In this document: positions 22,642 through 35,050 of the stretch, piece by piece
Position numbering within the stretch: position 1 is the first letter of the stretch
Layout of the letters: each line of letters opens with the position of its first letter
From: Oikopleura dioica
Lineage: Eukaryota > Animalia > Chordata
Direction: 5' to 3'
Assembly: GCA_907165135.1 (NCBI GenBank)
Contig: OU015566.1
Coordinates: forward strand, 1,178,001 to 1,242,000
Length of the DNA stretch: 64,000 bases
The notes under the pieces: model-generated
Databases searched by the model: none
The model's input: the letters and a program-made list of their open reading frames with translations, nothing else
What the model was told of the DNA's origin: nothing
Translations under genes and position numbers: made by a program

Positions 22642-24025
22642 AAATGTCTGAAAAATCGTACTACAGCGAGAGTTTTCTCTCCGAAGATTCAGTTATTACT
22701 AACTCAGCATTAGTTCGTGAGGAAAATAATGGTTTGAATAGAATTTTTTCGGGTGTTTAGAACAACTGAGATCTGAAATGAAAGCAGAATCAAATATACT
22801 CAACGATGAAGTACGACGGCTAAAAGTCACACTTTCGGATGCATTGATAGACAACGCTGATTATAAAAAACGAATCGCAGAACTTGAAAATACCGTCGAA
22901 AACCAAGGTCTTAAAATAGACCAGCTAGAAAAAACTGTCGAAGAGAAAATGTTGGAAAATGAGATGGAAAAACTCGATGTCAGTAGTGAAATGAAAATTT
23001 TCAAACCAGCTCAGAAGCGTGCTGCTTTTCAAGAAAATTATGGCTTGCATGAAAAACAGCTTGAGAGTCTTCAAGAATACGGGAATGTTTTTAATTTAAA
23101 AATATCTTATTTTTGTCATTTATAAAACTATTACTTTCATTCGAAAAGCTTAAAAAGTTGCCTTGGCCACTCTACCGAGGATGATCAGAGTGAAACTCAT
23201 GGTGGAAAAAAATTTTTTGATACAACGTCTTTTGCGCTCATTATGAAAGCTTATAAAAATGGAATGAAAAAATTCACCCTGAAGGTTGCTCGAAGAATAA
23301 ATTAAAAAATTGAAAATAAACGATTAAATAGTTCGGAGCTTCAGATAAACACTTTTATGTTGGAAAGTCACAATTTCATTACTTCGATGAAAAAATAAAA
23401 CCGGTTGGTGATCAAAAATGGCGTCAATTTTTTTCCATCGCTCACGAAGGTAACTGATTCTGAGAATCTGTTTTATTTTTATTCAGGGCGAAAACTTCGG
23501 TTCAAAGCGAGACTTCAAGCTATGGATGCAGTTGCGGGTTTTGAACGAAAACTATACGATTGGAAAGAAACAGATTCTGAAGGTGTTCTCGAGCAAATTA
23601 TTGTTCTGTCGAATTGGCCTCCAGGAGGACAATGGTACAGCAGATATCATCTGATTTTTCTTGAATAAACAATAGTCAATAATTCGAAACAAACTTTTGA
23701 GTATACTTTTTTAACTTCGAGATTTTCAAGATTTTCATTCTGATGAATTTGCTGGTGAAATTATCTCAAAAGGCTTTCTCAAACTCTCTTTATCGTTGTT
23801 TTTGCTCTTATTAGTTGTATTAGGTATTTTTTGAAAAAAATAATGCACTGGAAAATTTTTATTTTTCAAGACGATCATTTTGCGCCAAAAACTCCGAAAT
23901 TGACCTACAGAAGAAAAAGTTATAAAATCTTTTTAAGCTTTATTATAAAAAAGCGCGTCTTAGGGACACCCCTGGTAAAAGGACGAGGGACAAAGCTCTC
24001 AGGGTATGGTTTAGGGTTTCCATAA
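22642..24025 (+). CDS. Orphan protein with N-terminal coiled coil
   Basis: MSEKSYYSESF..; heptad-like ORF 22778..23125; downstream exons join in frame (QKWRQFFSIAHE|GRKLRFKARLQAMDAVAGFERKLYDW). 3' end uncertain. Confidence 0.5.
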
Positions 24026-24213
24026 TCACAACGGTATCATATCGTTGAGTCAGAAGACTGGCTTAATAAATCATTACTCAAAGTACTTTCCCTTGCCTCT
24101 CTTTTCTCGTTCAAACAAGTTAAAATATTAAAGCGTTAAATATTCAATATCCGCCTTGCGGTTAGAAATCCTCGTTGATCCCTCTTTTCTCCACATTCTA
24201 TGATCACCTATCG

Positions 24214-27200
24214 ATGAGAATTCTAGCTTTGCTTTCGCTTTTCTCCAACGCGGAAGAAATTTTCATATCCGCTCAAAATAATGAAGAGAGAAAAATTGCA
24301 ATTATAAAATTCAATCTCACGGAAATAAATTCGTACTCTGGCTCGGGAGACAACGAAGAGAAACAAAGAAAATCGGCGAAAAATGGGCTTGGAAACATTT
24401 CATTTGGAATCGATAAGATTTTGGAGCGAAAAAGTCAAAGAACATCGGAGTCATGTTTTTTGCCTCCCGAATCGAGGCAATTCTGCAAGGCGAAAATTCG
24501 GCAAAAGATGAATGCGAATCCCTTTGCTGAGTTTTCTTCAGGACAGTTACTTTTGCCCTCTTAAGATTTTTTCAAAAAAAAATGAACGAGGAGTAGCACG
24601 AGAAAGACTGTCTTGTCAATTGCTCAACTGTGGAAACATGGCTAACACTTGACAAAACTACAACTTCCCTGATTCTAGCCGGAACTGAAATCTCCACGAT
24701 TCGACTAATTGAAAGAACAGTCGAGCCCCTTGAAAACCTCCAACGACTAGACATCAGCTACAACAACCTTAAACACTTCGACGGAAATCTCCTCCGCCAC
24801 AAATATCACATGATCGAGCTCAAAGCCGCTCACAACAAAATCCAGTATCTCGGGCCAACTTGTTTCCGCCACACGAGAAATCTCGAATCACTCGATTTTT
24901 CGTTCAATAGAATCCGCTTTATCGCCCACAATATGCTCGCAACATCGAATGGAAACCGGCAAGAATATCTCACCTCCATCAATTTACAAGGAAACTCCTT
25001 TAAAAACCTCCACCCGCGATTTTTTCACGGAACGAAATCGCTTCAAACCCTCAATTTGTCGAAAAACAAATTTGGTCGAGTTTCACTATCGCTCTTTCGG
25101 GGGCTTTATAATTTGAAGATTTTGGATCTTTCGGAAAATAATCTTAAAGAGATTCAGGTAGAAAAGAAAGAGAGTTAATCTGACTGTAAAATATTGTTTC
25201 AGTTTGATCATCTGAAAGACTCGAAAAGACTGGAGACCCTTAATCTCTCGAAAAATCGGATAATCATTTCAGATAAGGGCTTTTTATAATTCAGCCAATG
25301 AAACCGCTTTATGTGGTCAAATGACCAATCAGAAGTAAATGGTCAAAATTCTTAAAAAGCCCTTGAAAGATGATCCTTTTGTCATGAACTCAGAGCTGAA
25401 AAACCTCGACATTTCATCAAATCATCTTGGAGAAACAACCCTTCAGCCCTTTATCTTCCAAAAATTAAACAAACTCGAAGTCTTGAATTTGGACTCAAAC
25501 GCTATCCCCTCCCTCCACGCTGAAATCTTCGCTGCAAATGTCAATCTCAAGAAACTCTTTCTCAACAACAACACCTTGACAACATTAGATAAAACGATTT
25601 TCTTAACGCTTGGAAATCTCGAAAGCCTCTATCTCGCAAACAATGCGATTTCGGACCTCAACAAGCATACTTTCAACACTCTTCCCAGCTTGAAAATGCT
25701 CTCTTTATCGGTAAAAATTTCATAAACCAGGATTTTTCAAAGAAGGCTTCAGAAAAACAAGCTGAGAAATCTTCACGAAGACGCATTTTTGAACCTCGAC
25801 AAGTTGACTCATCTCTACCTACAGGACAATTTGCTCACGAGACTACCAAAAGGACTATTGAAAAATACTCCAAATATGCAGTTCTTGCATCTTGACGGGA
25901 ATCAGGTATCAGAAACCCCTGAATCCGGATTTGTCTGCCAGACACCTGTCTGGAGTCTAGACAATATTTATCATTTCTTTCAGATTTCATCGATTCCTTC
26001 TGAAATATTTACCAGTTGTACCCTCGTTTCCCTCGGAATGTCCAACAACCAGCTCACTAGAATCGACAACTCCTTCGGTAGCTTTTCCTTCCCTTCTCTT
26101 TCTTATGTGAATTCAAGGTCAATGTTCGAACTTGATGACGATCGACTTGAGTAACAACCAAATGCTGAGCGTAAGCGGAAATTCCTTCAAAATGGCGAGA
26201 AAGCTCGAGTTCGTCAACATGAAGAACACGAATAAAAACGGCTGTAGAAATTGCGGCATCGAAGAAAATTGCTGTCTTTTGTGCTCAGTCGAGTTTCAAG
26301 AGGTGAGAAATCAACAAAGAACCCCCAAAACGAACCTTTTTTTAGAAAGAAACTGGCTGTCCAAAAGCGCTGATTGGAAGTACCTCCCGAAGCTCTCGAA
26401 CACAACAGACGTTTCACGACGATTTGATTGACTTTCTTGAAACCAAATAAATGATACCAAATAATTGTCAACGAAACTGATTTCATAACGGATTTTCTAG
26501 AAAACGTATTTATCTGAGTATTTTAATCACTATCAAAAGCAGTTTCGATTATTGCGCCTAAGGGGTAGCAAAATGAGGGATGATTGGAATAAGGAAATTC
26601 CTCAATTTTGGATCGACAATGGACTCAATGAAGAAACTCTTCCAAGATACTACCTTTATTTGAGCATCGGTAAGTCGACATTTCGATTTTGAATATTTTC
26701 TGATTCTCCAATATCAAGTTGTTTACATCTTCCTGATTCTGTCCACGGCAAACTACATCTTCACCTGGTGGACTCGTAAGAATCTAGCCCCTCTCAAGCG
26801 CCTCGGAGAAGAGCCCCTCACGAAAATCGAGCAGTATTCTCAAAACTGTCGCCTCGGACAAGAGCCTGCGATGAATTTTATTTCCTCGGCGTTGATTACG
26901 AATGACAGAGCTTATATCGTCATCCGATGCATTTTGGCTTTTTCTTCATTGTTTTTGACAGTTTCGGCGAATGAAGGAGTAAGATCCATTTTTCTTGGAG
27001 CATATTATCCCTTAGGCAAGATTCAAATTAAAAGAGCTCCTTGAAAATCACTGATTTGAATCTTCAAAAGCCCTTATCATGACAATATACGTCAACTTCA
27101 ACCGCGAACTCATCATCGAAGGTTTCGGAAACAAAGCTCAATTCCTGAACAAACTCCTTTCCTGGCTCCTCACCATTCAAGTGCAGCTGCGTCTCTTCAT

Positions 27201-28537
27201 CTGCATCAGTTGGTGGACTCAATGGCTCGGAATTTGTCGATACCGAGACATGGCTCGCGCCGCAGAGCTTTCTAGAGCGCTTTTATTCACTAAGGAGTTC
27301 AGTCCGCCGCTCTTTCTGCTCGTTGAAATTTTGTGGTTTGATTCGATGTGTAAGTAAGCTTTGAAAAAAAACAGAAAAAAGAATTGGGTTCATAGTTAAA
27401 TTTGCTGGTGTTTGGCACATCATCTTCGCTGGCAATTTGGTCGGAGCTGGAATGCTTAACGATGGAGTACCGGAACCTCCGCAAGCTATGCTGTGAGTAA
27501 AAGATTCCGAACAATATACGGAAGCCTGTATAGAAAGCCTGAGTCAGGGTCTGAAAGAACTGAAGTGAAAAGCCGCGCAGCGGCTTTCTTTGAATCGAAG
27601 CCGCGAAGCGGCTTCGCTAATACAGTTTGAAGCACTTTTAAGGCCGACCCTTTTAAGGCCACTTTTTCGAAAAATTCCCAAAATCTGTCATCCTAAAAAA
27701 ATCCACTTTAAGGCCACTTTCCCTTCAATTTCAGTTCAAAATCCGAAAGTTACAGTGTCACTTGAAAAAGCTTTTTATCTTCGACTGCGTGATGCCTTGT
27801 GTTTTTATCTTTATTTTTCTTTTTTGGTATTTTTCGATGTTTTTTTCTCGACTTTTTCAATTAACGATAATTTCTTACGGTCTTGTTTAAATTTTCGCTT
27901 AGATTTTGAGTCAAAGTGTTTCAATCGATCATCATTATATAGGCGTGAAAAATACGCAGAGGAATGTCTTAACCATTTTTTTTTCGAAAAAGCTCAGACT
28001 CGAGACAAAAAATTTCCATTTTAAGGCCACTTTTGAAATTCGCTGTCATCCGAAAATCGGCCTTAAAAGTGCTTCACACTGAATAGCCATTTAAATCTAT
28101 GAAACATTCCCACGAAGCCACTTTGCGGCTTCGTTTTAAAAAAAAAGCCGCTGAGCGGCTTTTCATTTAAGTTCTTTCAGTCCATGACTTAGATTTTCAA
28201 CACAGGTTGCCAAGCCCAGATTTTTAGGTACATGCCAGAACGACCGGCGCCTTCAGTAATTCAAGCAACAATTTTCGTCTTCGGGATGATTTTCATACAG
28301 TTTTTCCTCTCCACCATCTGTCTCCTGAAAATCTGGATATTCAAAAAACTTCCCGTCATTGGCGACAGAATGAGAAATCGACAGAACTGCATTGCGATTT
28401 TCACAAAACGACAAGCTCTGAACAAGTTTATGGGAGCAGCAGCGATGGAGAAACGAAAAACAACGACGAATGGAGCTTATAAGAATTTTGGTAGAAGATC
28501 GACTTTGAGAAGATCTACTGTTGAACAAGCTCGTTAA
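24214..28537 (+). CDS. Leucine-rich-repeat protein probably continuous with a 6-7 TM membrane domain
   Basis: Signal peptide MRILALLSLFSNA; many LxxLxLxxNxL repeats (LQRLDISYNNL, LESLDFSFNRI, LKKLFLNNNTL); Cys cap; then hydrophobic exons from 26501 to 28537 joined by in-frame splicing. The LRR-to-TM junction is inferred. Confidence 0.7.
27539..28190. mobile_element. MITE family B, long nested palindrome (intronic)
   Basis: CCTGAGTCAGGG..GAAAAGCCGC left end, GCGGCTTTTC..CCATGACTTAG right end; inner inverted arms GAAGCACTTTTAAGGCCGA / TCGGCCTTAAAAGTGCTTC. Confidence 0.8.
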
Positions 28538-28607
28538 AGCTGAAAAAAAATTTTTATGAGTAAATAAATTTTTTAAAAAACCAAAATGGCAAAATCCTTG
28601 ATTTTTA

Positions 28608-28765
28608 GGGGAGTTGCCAGGAACCGACAAAAAATTTCGACAAATTTTGCGTGGAAATTTTTAACCAATCAGAGTCCTGAATTCGGCTTACCGGCCAACC
28701 AGAAGCCGAGGAGCCGCCCACGCAAAATTTGTCGAAATTTTTTGTCGGTTCCCGACACCAGCCCG
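28608..28765. mobile_element. MITE family A copy
   Basis: GGAACCGACAAAAAATTTCGAC..CCAATCAG..GTCGAAATTTTTTGTCGGTTCC. Confidence 0.8.
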
Positions 28766-29412
28766 ATTTTTCTTCCTTGTTTTCAGAAAATATTTTTCAA
28801 TAGCGAAATATCTGTTTAACCCTTCGCTGGGTGGATAATTGGTATAATCATCATAAAATAATTGCGTTATGCCTTCCTGATGGACAGTGTAAATAAAGAA
28901 GTCGCTCGATAATTTATTGAATGCGGTTCACCAATTTCGCCAGAGCAATTTGCATATCGATGATTTTTTGTCAATAATGTTCTTTTACTTGTTTTTTTTT
29001 TCTCGATAATTTGCTTTTCTTTGATGCTTTTTTTACTGTATATTTTGACCTGAGGGTATGTCTACAGTTTCAGTAAGTTTACTGTTGCGTTGAAAATGAC
29101 CTTGTTTATCTATTCCAGTTCATCAAAAATCCACGAAAGGAGCCCGATTAAACGAGAAATTAAAAAAGGCGGAACAAAGGAGCGGAATCGACGGAGAGGG
29201 CCTTGATCCAAGAATAAGCAATACGGATCTCCTTAATTATGCAAATTATCACCCCAGTTGATTCGCTCGATACTTGCTTCTGTTTTGTGTACGTCAGCTA
29301 ATAATTTAAAAATATGGAAGGGTATTCGATTTTATTCTGTTTATAAGGCGTCTACAAGGGTAAAAGAAAACATCAGCTCCCTTATGTTCTTTTGAACTTT
29401 TCCGTGAAATAA

Positions 29413-29571
29413 GGGGGTAGCGGCGTAAATCGACAAAAAAATTTCGACAAATTTTGCGTAGGCGGCTGATCGACTGCTAGTTGGCCGGCCGGTAGAATCC
29501 AGGCTTCTGATTGGCTGAAAATTTTTTCGCAAAATTTGTCGAAATTTTTGTCGATTCAAGCCGCTACCCCC
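29413..29571. mobile_element. MITE family A variant
   Basis: GGGGGTAGCGGC..AATCGAC / GTCGATT..GCCGCTACCCCC termini flanked by ATAA/TTAT. Confidence 0.8.
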
Positions 29572-30849
29572 TTATTTCAGGGCGAACGTTCAAAAGAAGA
29601 TAAGGGAACTAAAATCCTGAAATAAGGGTGTCGCTTTGATAAGCAAAAAAAATGCTTTTTTTCGAAAAAAATGCCTTGAAAAAGCCTCTCTTCTGGATTG
29701 AATACCAAGTTGGACATGTGTTTTTGCGGTTTATTTTGTGCAAATAAAGCAGTTAGATCAAGTTTTGTCCGTTGATGATGCCATTTTAAAAACCGATGCG
29801 TCTCAAATTGAACTGGATTAGATGCACCCAAAGTCTGCAGATTTGCCTCGGCCGAGATTTCCGAAAGCATTAAAAAATAAATCCATGCAAAACGCAATGG
29901 TTGATTAATCTTGCATAACTTTTATCGCGTTGGACAGGTTTAAGCCTGCGAGGCATGATCGCCTTGGCCCGCGGCGTCGGTGTTGCATTTTTTCGTGAAT
30001 TTCGCCCCCGGCGCTCCTCTTTTGCGATGGCGCCTCGGCGCACAAATAAGTTTCCAGTTGAAATACTATCCAACATATGTATACAAGAGGAAAGAGATAC
30101 AGAGGAAACGAAAAAAAAAACTGGAAACTAACTAATTGAAGAAGAATATAATCATCACAGAAGGGAACTGTAATATGAAGGGACAGGAACGGGGCAACAC
30201 GTGAACTTGCTCTTTCGAATAGCATTTAACTTTTGATAAAGCGTACCCCTTATTTCCTAAAATGATGAAAATGACGACGTGACATCGCAAATGAATCATT
30301 TTTGCGTCATCTTTTCGTTGTTACGTCGTAATTTCCGACACTTAAGGGTGTCAACATCGATTGTGCCAAAATACAGGGGTAACGCCTTATCAAAAAATAA
30401 GGGGAGGGGCACGATTTAACAACATTTAAAGGGGCCCTCTGGTTATTAATATCGTCATTTCTCGAGAAATTTTCCAAGTTCTGAGACGTGGTGAATGGGC
30501 TCATATTTATCAGAGCTGTATATACTATATAGTGAAGAGGCCACAATATCAATTAGAAAATATGTTAAGAGGGGTCGAGACCTTAATTTGCTTTTAAAAG
30601 ATCTAAATTATTTGATACGCTGTATAAAGAAGCATATACAGAAAAGAACGAGAATAGGGTTAGCGCACTAGGCGGACTTGGGTTAATTGTGACTGATCAG
30701 AGCTGACAAAATTGTCCGACTCGGCGATTAGGATAAGCATTTACTATGCAACCACTTTTCTAAAATGGAGCTTTTCACACGAAAAGCGAAAAAAGGAAAG
30801 AAAATAGAGAAATCAACAAAGCTTTTTTTTTCAAGAAATTTTTTTGATT

Positions 30850-33800
30850 TCAAGAGCAGTTTTTGTAAGACTTTCACCACGTGAGCCCTATGGCGAGGCA
30901 ATTTTCATACAGAACGAATACAGTGATGATAACCAGCCGCTGTACCAAGCTGATTGCGACGATTATGGAGGCTTGGGAGTTTCGAGCTCGGATATGTCTA
31001 GTCCCGAGATTTTACGAAGGAAAGGGATGATAGAAAAAATCGCTCGAATCCTTGGAAGAATTATTTTTATTACGATCTTTTTTCGTAATGAAACGAGAAT
31101 TTTCTAAATCAAACAAGTCTATCTTTAAATAAAACAGTTGAAAATAATGGATTTTAGACGTCTAGATCATTGAATAAATAAAATCTGAGTTCATCGACAG
31201 GCGAAAATTGTCAATTATTTTCTCCGGGGCAAATGCGTCTATCGCAAAAGCTCATCTCCCCAAAGCCCGATTCAAAAATCCGACTCGATATTCTCGCTCG
31301 CCGGCGATCGCGCCAAGGTAGGATTGGAAACACTTATTCAATTAAACTTTTTTCGAATGCAATGTGTGCCTACTTGAACACACTTTCTGGCTAAGAAGCG
31401 GGCACTACAGAATTTGTACTACATATTCAATTCATATTGATACTAGACACGTTTTATTTTCGGATAAAAAATATATTATATTATATTTTTTAAAAAATGG
31501 ATTAAAATGGCCTACCGGCCAATCAAAACCCGGATTCTTAAGGGGGGTCGACGAGAATTTTTTCAGGGGTGATCGTAATTTAGCTTATGCACATAGTCAG
31601 GATATGAAACTTATATTTTTGGAATCTACAGATTCTCCCGAATCTGTTGAGCCTAAAATCATCTGATAAAAATTAGATTTAGGGGTCGAAATGAACAAAA
31701 TTGTAAAAAAATTGACCATTTTTGGTGCATTTTCGGGAAAATGGCCCGACTTTGACGGGATTTTTGACCGATTTTTTTTGGCCAAAATTTTTTCTACTTT
31801 TCGCCGCCTGATTTTTACAACCCTTTTCTATCCACCAGTAAAATCAGATTTTGCCTTTCTTATCAGGTTTTCCCGCATTTCTGGCCACGGAAATCCCGAT
31901 TCTCGTCGACCCCTCCTTAAAATCAGTTCTTTTTTAGTTCTTTTCTATAAAATTAAGATTTCTGCATGGGATGCTGGCTGGAACGTCACAAATGCGATCC
32001 AAGGAATGTTTGTTTTATGCCTCCCATTTGCGATCAAACACGGTGGATACATGGGTAAAACAAGAGTTCATTGTATTCATCCGACTCATTGGAAATGTTA
32101 AGGGCTTATCTTAATTATTGGAACGGCGGTAATTTGCAATTACACAGGCTTAATTTTGGTGGATTGTCTTTATGAAACGGAACCAAATGGCAGAAGGGTC
32201 AGAATAAGGTCGAGGTGAGGAGCGACTTGCAATCTGCTTTTCTTCAAAAACAATCTGTCTTTCAGCTACTCCGATATCGCGGCCGCGGTCTGGGGAGAAA
32301 GAATAGCGAATATTATCATCAATACATGCATGGTTACAGAATGTACGATGATTTGTGTGCTCTACATCGTCGTCGTTGGCGATCTCACAACGGTAAGAAA
32401 ATCAAATGAAGATGGATCGAAATAAACTTCGAAATGAAAAATCATCATCGAAAAAAAGATGATTAATTTTCATTTTCAGCGCGCGTTCGAAAGTCTTGAC
32501 GGGAGCACACCTATTCCGCATATGGCTGTATGTATAATTGCCACGCTGATTCTACTTCCTTGCATATTTCTTCGTGATCTCAAGGTAAATTATTTATCTT
32601 ATGTCGTAAACTCACATATTGCCAAAAAACATGAGACATATTGAAAGTTCTTTTTTTCATGTAAAAAAATGTATTTTTATTTTTACAAAAAAATTTAAGG
32701 ACCCCCCGTGAACAATTTTCCTCAAAAATCGAAAATTTCAAAAAAGCCATATTATGACGGGGGTCCTTAAGGGGAGGGGTCAAGAATTAAAAAAAACGAC
32801 AATTTTGACCAAAATTTTTGGTCAAATTTTTGAATTCGTGTATTTTAATCTTTAAAATTTTCATCCCTTGTTCTTCGTTGACCATATTTTTGGACTCAAT
32901 GGTGTAAAATTTGATCGACCAAAGATACAACTAGCTGTGTCGGTTGAATTAGCTCAACTCAATATATGAATACATCCATTTTTAAGGAAGTGTCGAGATT
33001 CTCCATGGGATGCTCTGTCGCGCAATTCCTCGTCCTAGGCATGATCATGATCTACTGCTTCTCAAAGGTTTCGACTTGGCAGTGGAATGAAATAAGGTCT
33101 TTTCCTTTCTCCATCAATTTTCACAATAAATTTAGGTTTAATTATTCCGCTCAAGAATTTCCAGTGTCCGTTGGAGTCATCGTCTTTTCTTACACTTCTC
33201 AGCTCTTTTTGCCGTCTTTGGAAGGCGACATGGAAAAACGAGGAGATTTCAAGGTCTGTTTCTCAATTCTTTGATTTCTTAAAAAGGCTCTAGAAAATGC
33301 TGAATTTCACTCATCTTGCCGCAGCGGCTGCTAAAGCAATTTTCGCCCTGGTCTGCTTTTTGACTTGGGTGGAAAATACGGAAGAAGAAGTCACAAGTAA
33401 GCTCCCTTCTGACGATTCTAGATTGAAAAAAAAATTCTAGACAATCTTCCCCGTGCCCTTCGTTCAATTGTCAATTTGAGTCTCGTGATCAAGGCTCTTC
33501 TTTCTTACCCCCTTCCGTTTTTCGCCGCTCTGGAAACGCTAGAAATCAGGTTTGCTAACAATCATAGTCGAAATCATGGAAAAGCCTCGAAAATTGGCTA
33601 TCAGACAAAAATTTTCTGGTGAAAAATTATCAAACTCCGAAAAAGTTATCAAAATTTGGGTTAAACCAATTTATGCAAGTGATTTTTGGATCAGGGTTCT
33701 GATTGGCCAGTAGGCAAAATACAGCAACCTTATTGGTTATCCAAAAATGCACTTCCATAAATTGATTAAGTCCAAAATTCGGATTTACTTTTGAAATTTT

Positions 33801-34932
33801 ATTAAAAATCTCGGTTTTGCAAATTTGAAATTGTCTAGTCGACAATCCTAAATAAGGTTGGCCGGATAAGCGGTCGGCAAATCTGGTGAATTTATGAATT
33901 ATTTAAAGTGAGTTTCGTTTTAGTCTTTTTCCATTATTTGGATTTGGCAAGACCTGGTTCACCTTCAAAGCCGATCGCTCGCTTACTCTACAGGTGAGCG
34001 ACGCAATTTACAGTGAGCGAGCAAGCCAATTTTATTATATTTGCTAGATGTTAATTGTTCGCCTGGGCTTCATTTTGGGCACATTGCTGCTCGCCGTTTG
34101 CGTGCCCCATTTCGACCTTTTGATGGGCTTGACTGGTTCGCTGACTGGATCTGCGCTCAGCTTCATCTTTCCCTGCATATTCCATATCTCCATAAAACGA
34201 CTCAAACTTAGATATCATGAAGGTAAGTCGACAAAGTCCTGTCGAACTTTTTGGCCTACTGTCGAAGAGTCGGTTTTCATATTGTTGTGTCAGATTCCCA
34301 AAACACTAGAAAACCTTATGTATTCTTTTCTGAAATCTTATTGGCCTATCGGCCGATAGGAGAAATCTGATTGGTCAGAAATTTTATCTAAATTTTGGGT
34401 AGAAGGGACGAATCGACAATTTTTGGCCAAAAATTTGAAGGAATTTTCGGCCAAAAATTTTAGACTAGAAAAGCCAGAAGGTTTTTTTTCCCTCTTGCAG
34501 GAATCTGATTGGTCGAAAATTTGACCAAAATTTTGCGTAGGCGGGACGAATTGGCATTTTTTGGCCAAAAATTTCGGTCAACCACTTCAGGGAATTTCAG
34601 ACGAATCAGATTTCCGCATTCAGCAGATCAGCCAATCAGATTTCAGAAAAAAGCTTTCGCTAAAAGTCGAAAAATGATCCCATATTCAGTCTTCTTTGAT
34701 GTGACGATAATCATGCTCGGAGTCTTCTTCTCGGTGACGGGATTCTACAACTCTATCTCGTTACTGGTGCAACAGTATTTGGACGATGATCTGGACAGTG
34801 ATCTGAGCTCAACGCTCGCCACTCCGCAAAAATCTGAGCTGAGCATTTTTAATCTAACAGGTAAAGCCGATTCACAAATGACTTCGATATTTAACACTCT
34901 TTCTTTTAGATATCTATCAACCAGACTACTGA
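30850..34932 (+). CDS. SLC32A1: Vesicular inhibitory amino acid (GABA/glycine) transporter, VGAT/VIAAT
   Basis: DRAK|[83 protein letters not shown]; last exon ends TDIYQPDY* at 34932. Start codon uncertain. Confidence 0.92.
31542..31916. mobile_element. TTAA-flanked MITE (GGGGGGTCGACGAGAAT termini)
   Basis: TTAA|GGGGGGTCGACGAGAAT ... ATTCTCGTCGACCCCTCC|TTAA, inside a VGAT intron. Confidence 0.85.
32699..32766. mobile_element. Miniature internally deleted copy of MITE family D (GGACCCCC termini)
   Basis: TTAA|GGACCCCCCG...CGGGGGTCC|TTAA, about 70 bp. Confidence 0.7.
34330..34640. repeat. Degenerate tandem/inverted family A-related units
   Basis: Repeated AATCTGATTGGTC.GAAAATTT..CAAAATTTTG.GTAG units in a VGAT intron. 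Confidence 0.6.
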
Positions 34933-35050
34933 AAAACACCTTTTATATATATTTTAAGAATATTAACTGCATTGTTCTTCATTCAAAATAAAACAAAAAA
35001 AATCAAAGAAAAAAATTCTAGCAATTTATTTTTCAACTTATCTTTTGACT

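Noticed and set aside
21500-24100. Possible autonomous transposon or viral cassette
   Set aside because: No DDE, RT, integrase, capsid or helicase motifs and no terminal repeats; kept only as an orphan gene pair.
27590-28024. ORFs over palindromic elements (also 164..718 in part, 28586..28819, 29341..29559, 36364..36653, 51458..51856)
   Set aside because: They lie within MITE copies; similar peptides recur wherever the repeat occurs.
29577-30225. Minus-strand ORFs upstream of VGAT
   Set aside because: No consistent splice model or domain; partly low-complexity; insufficient support.
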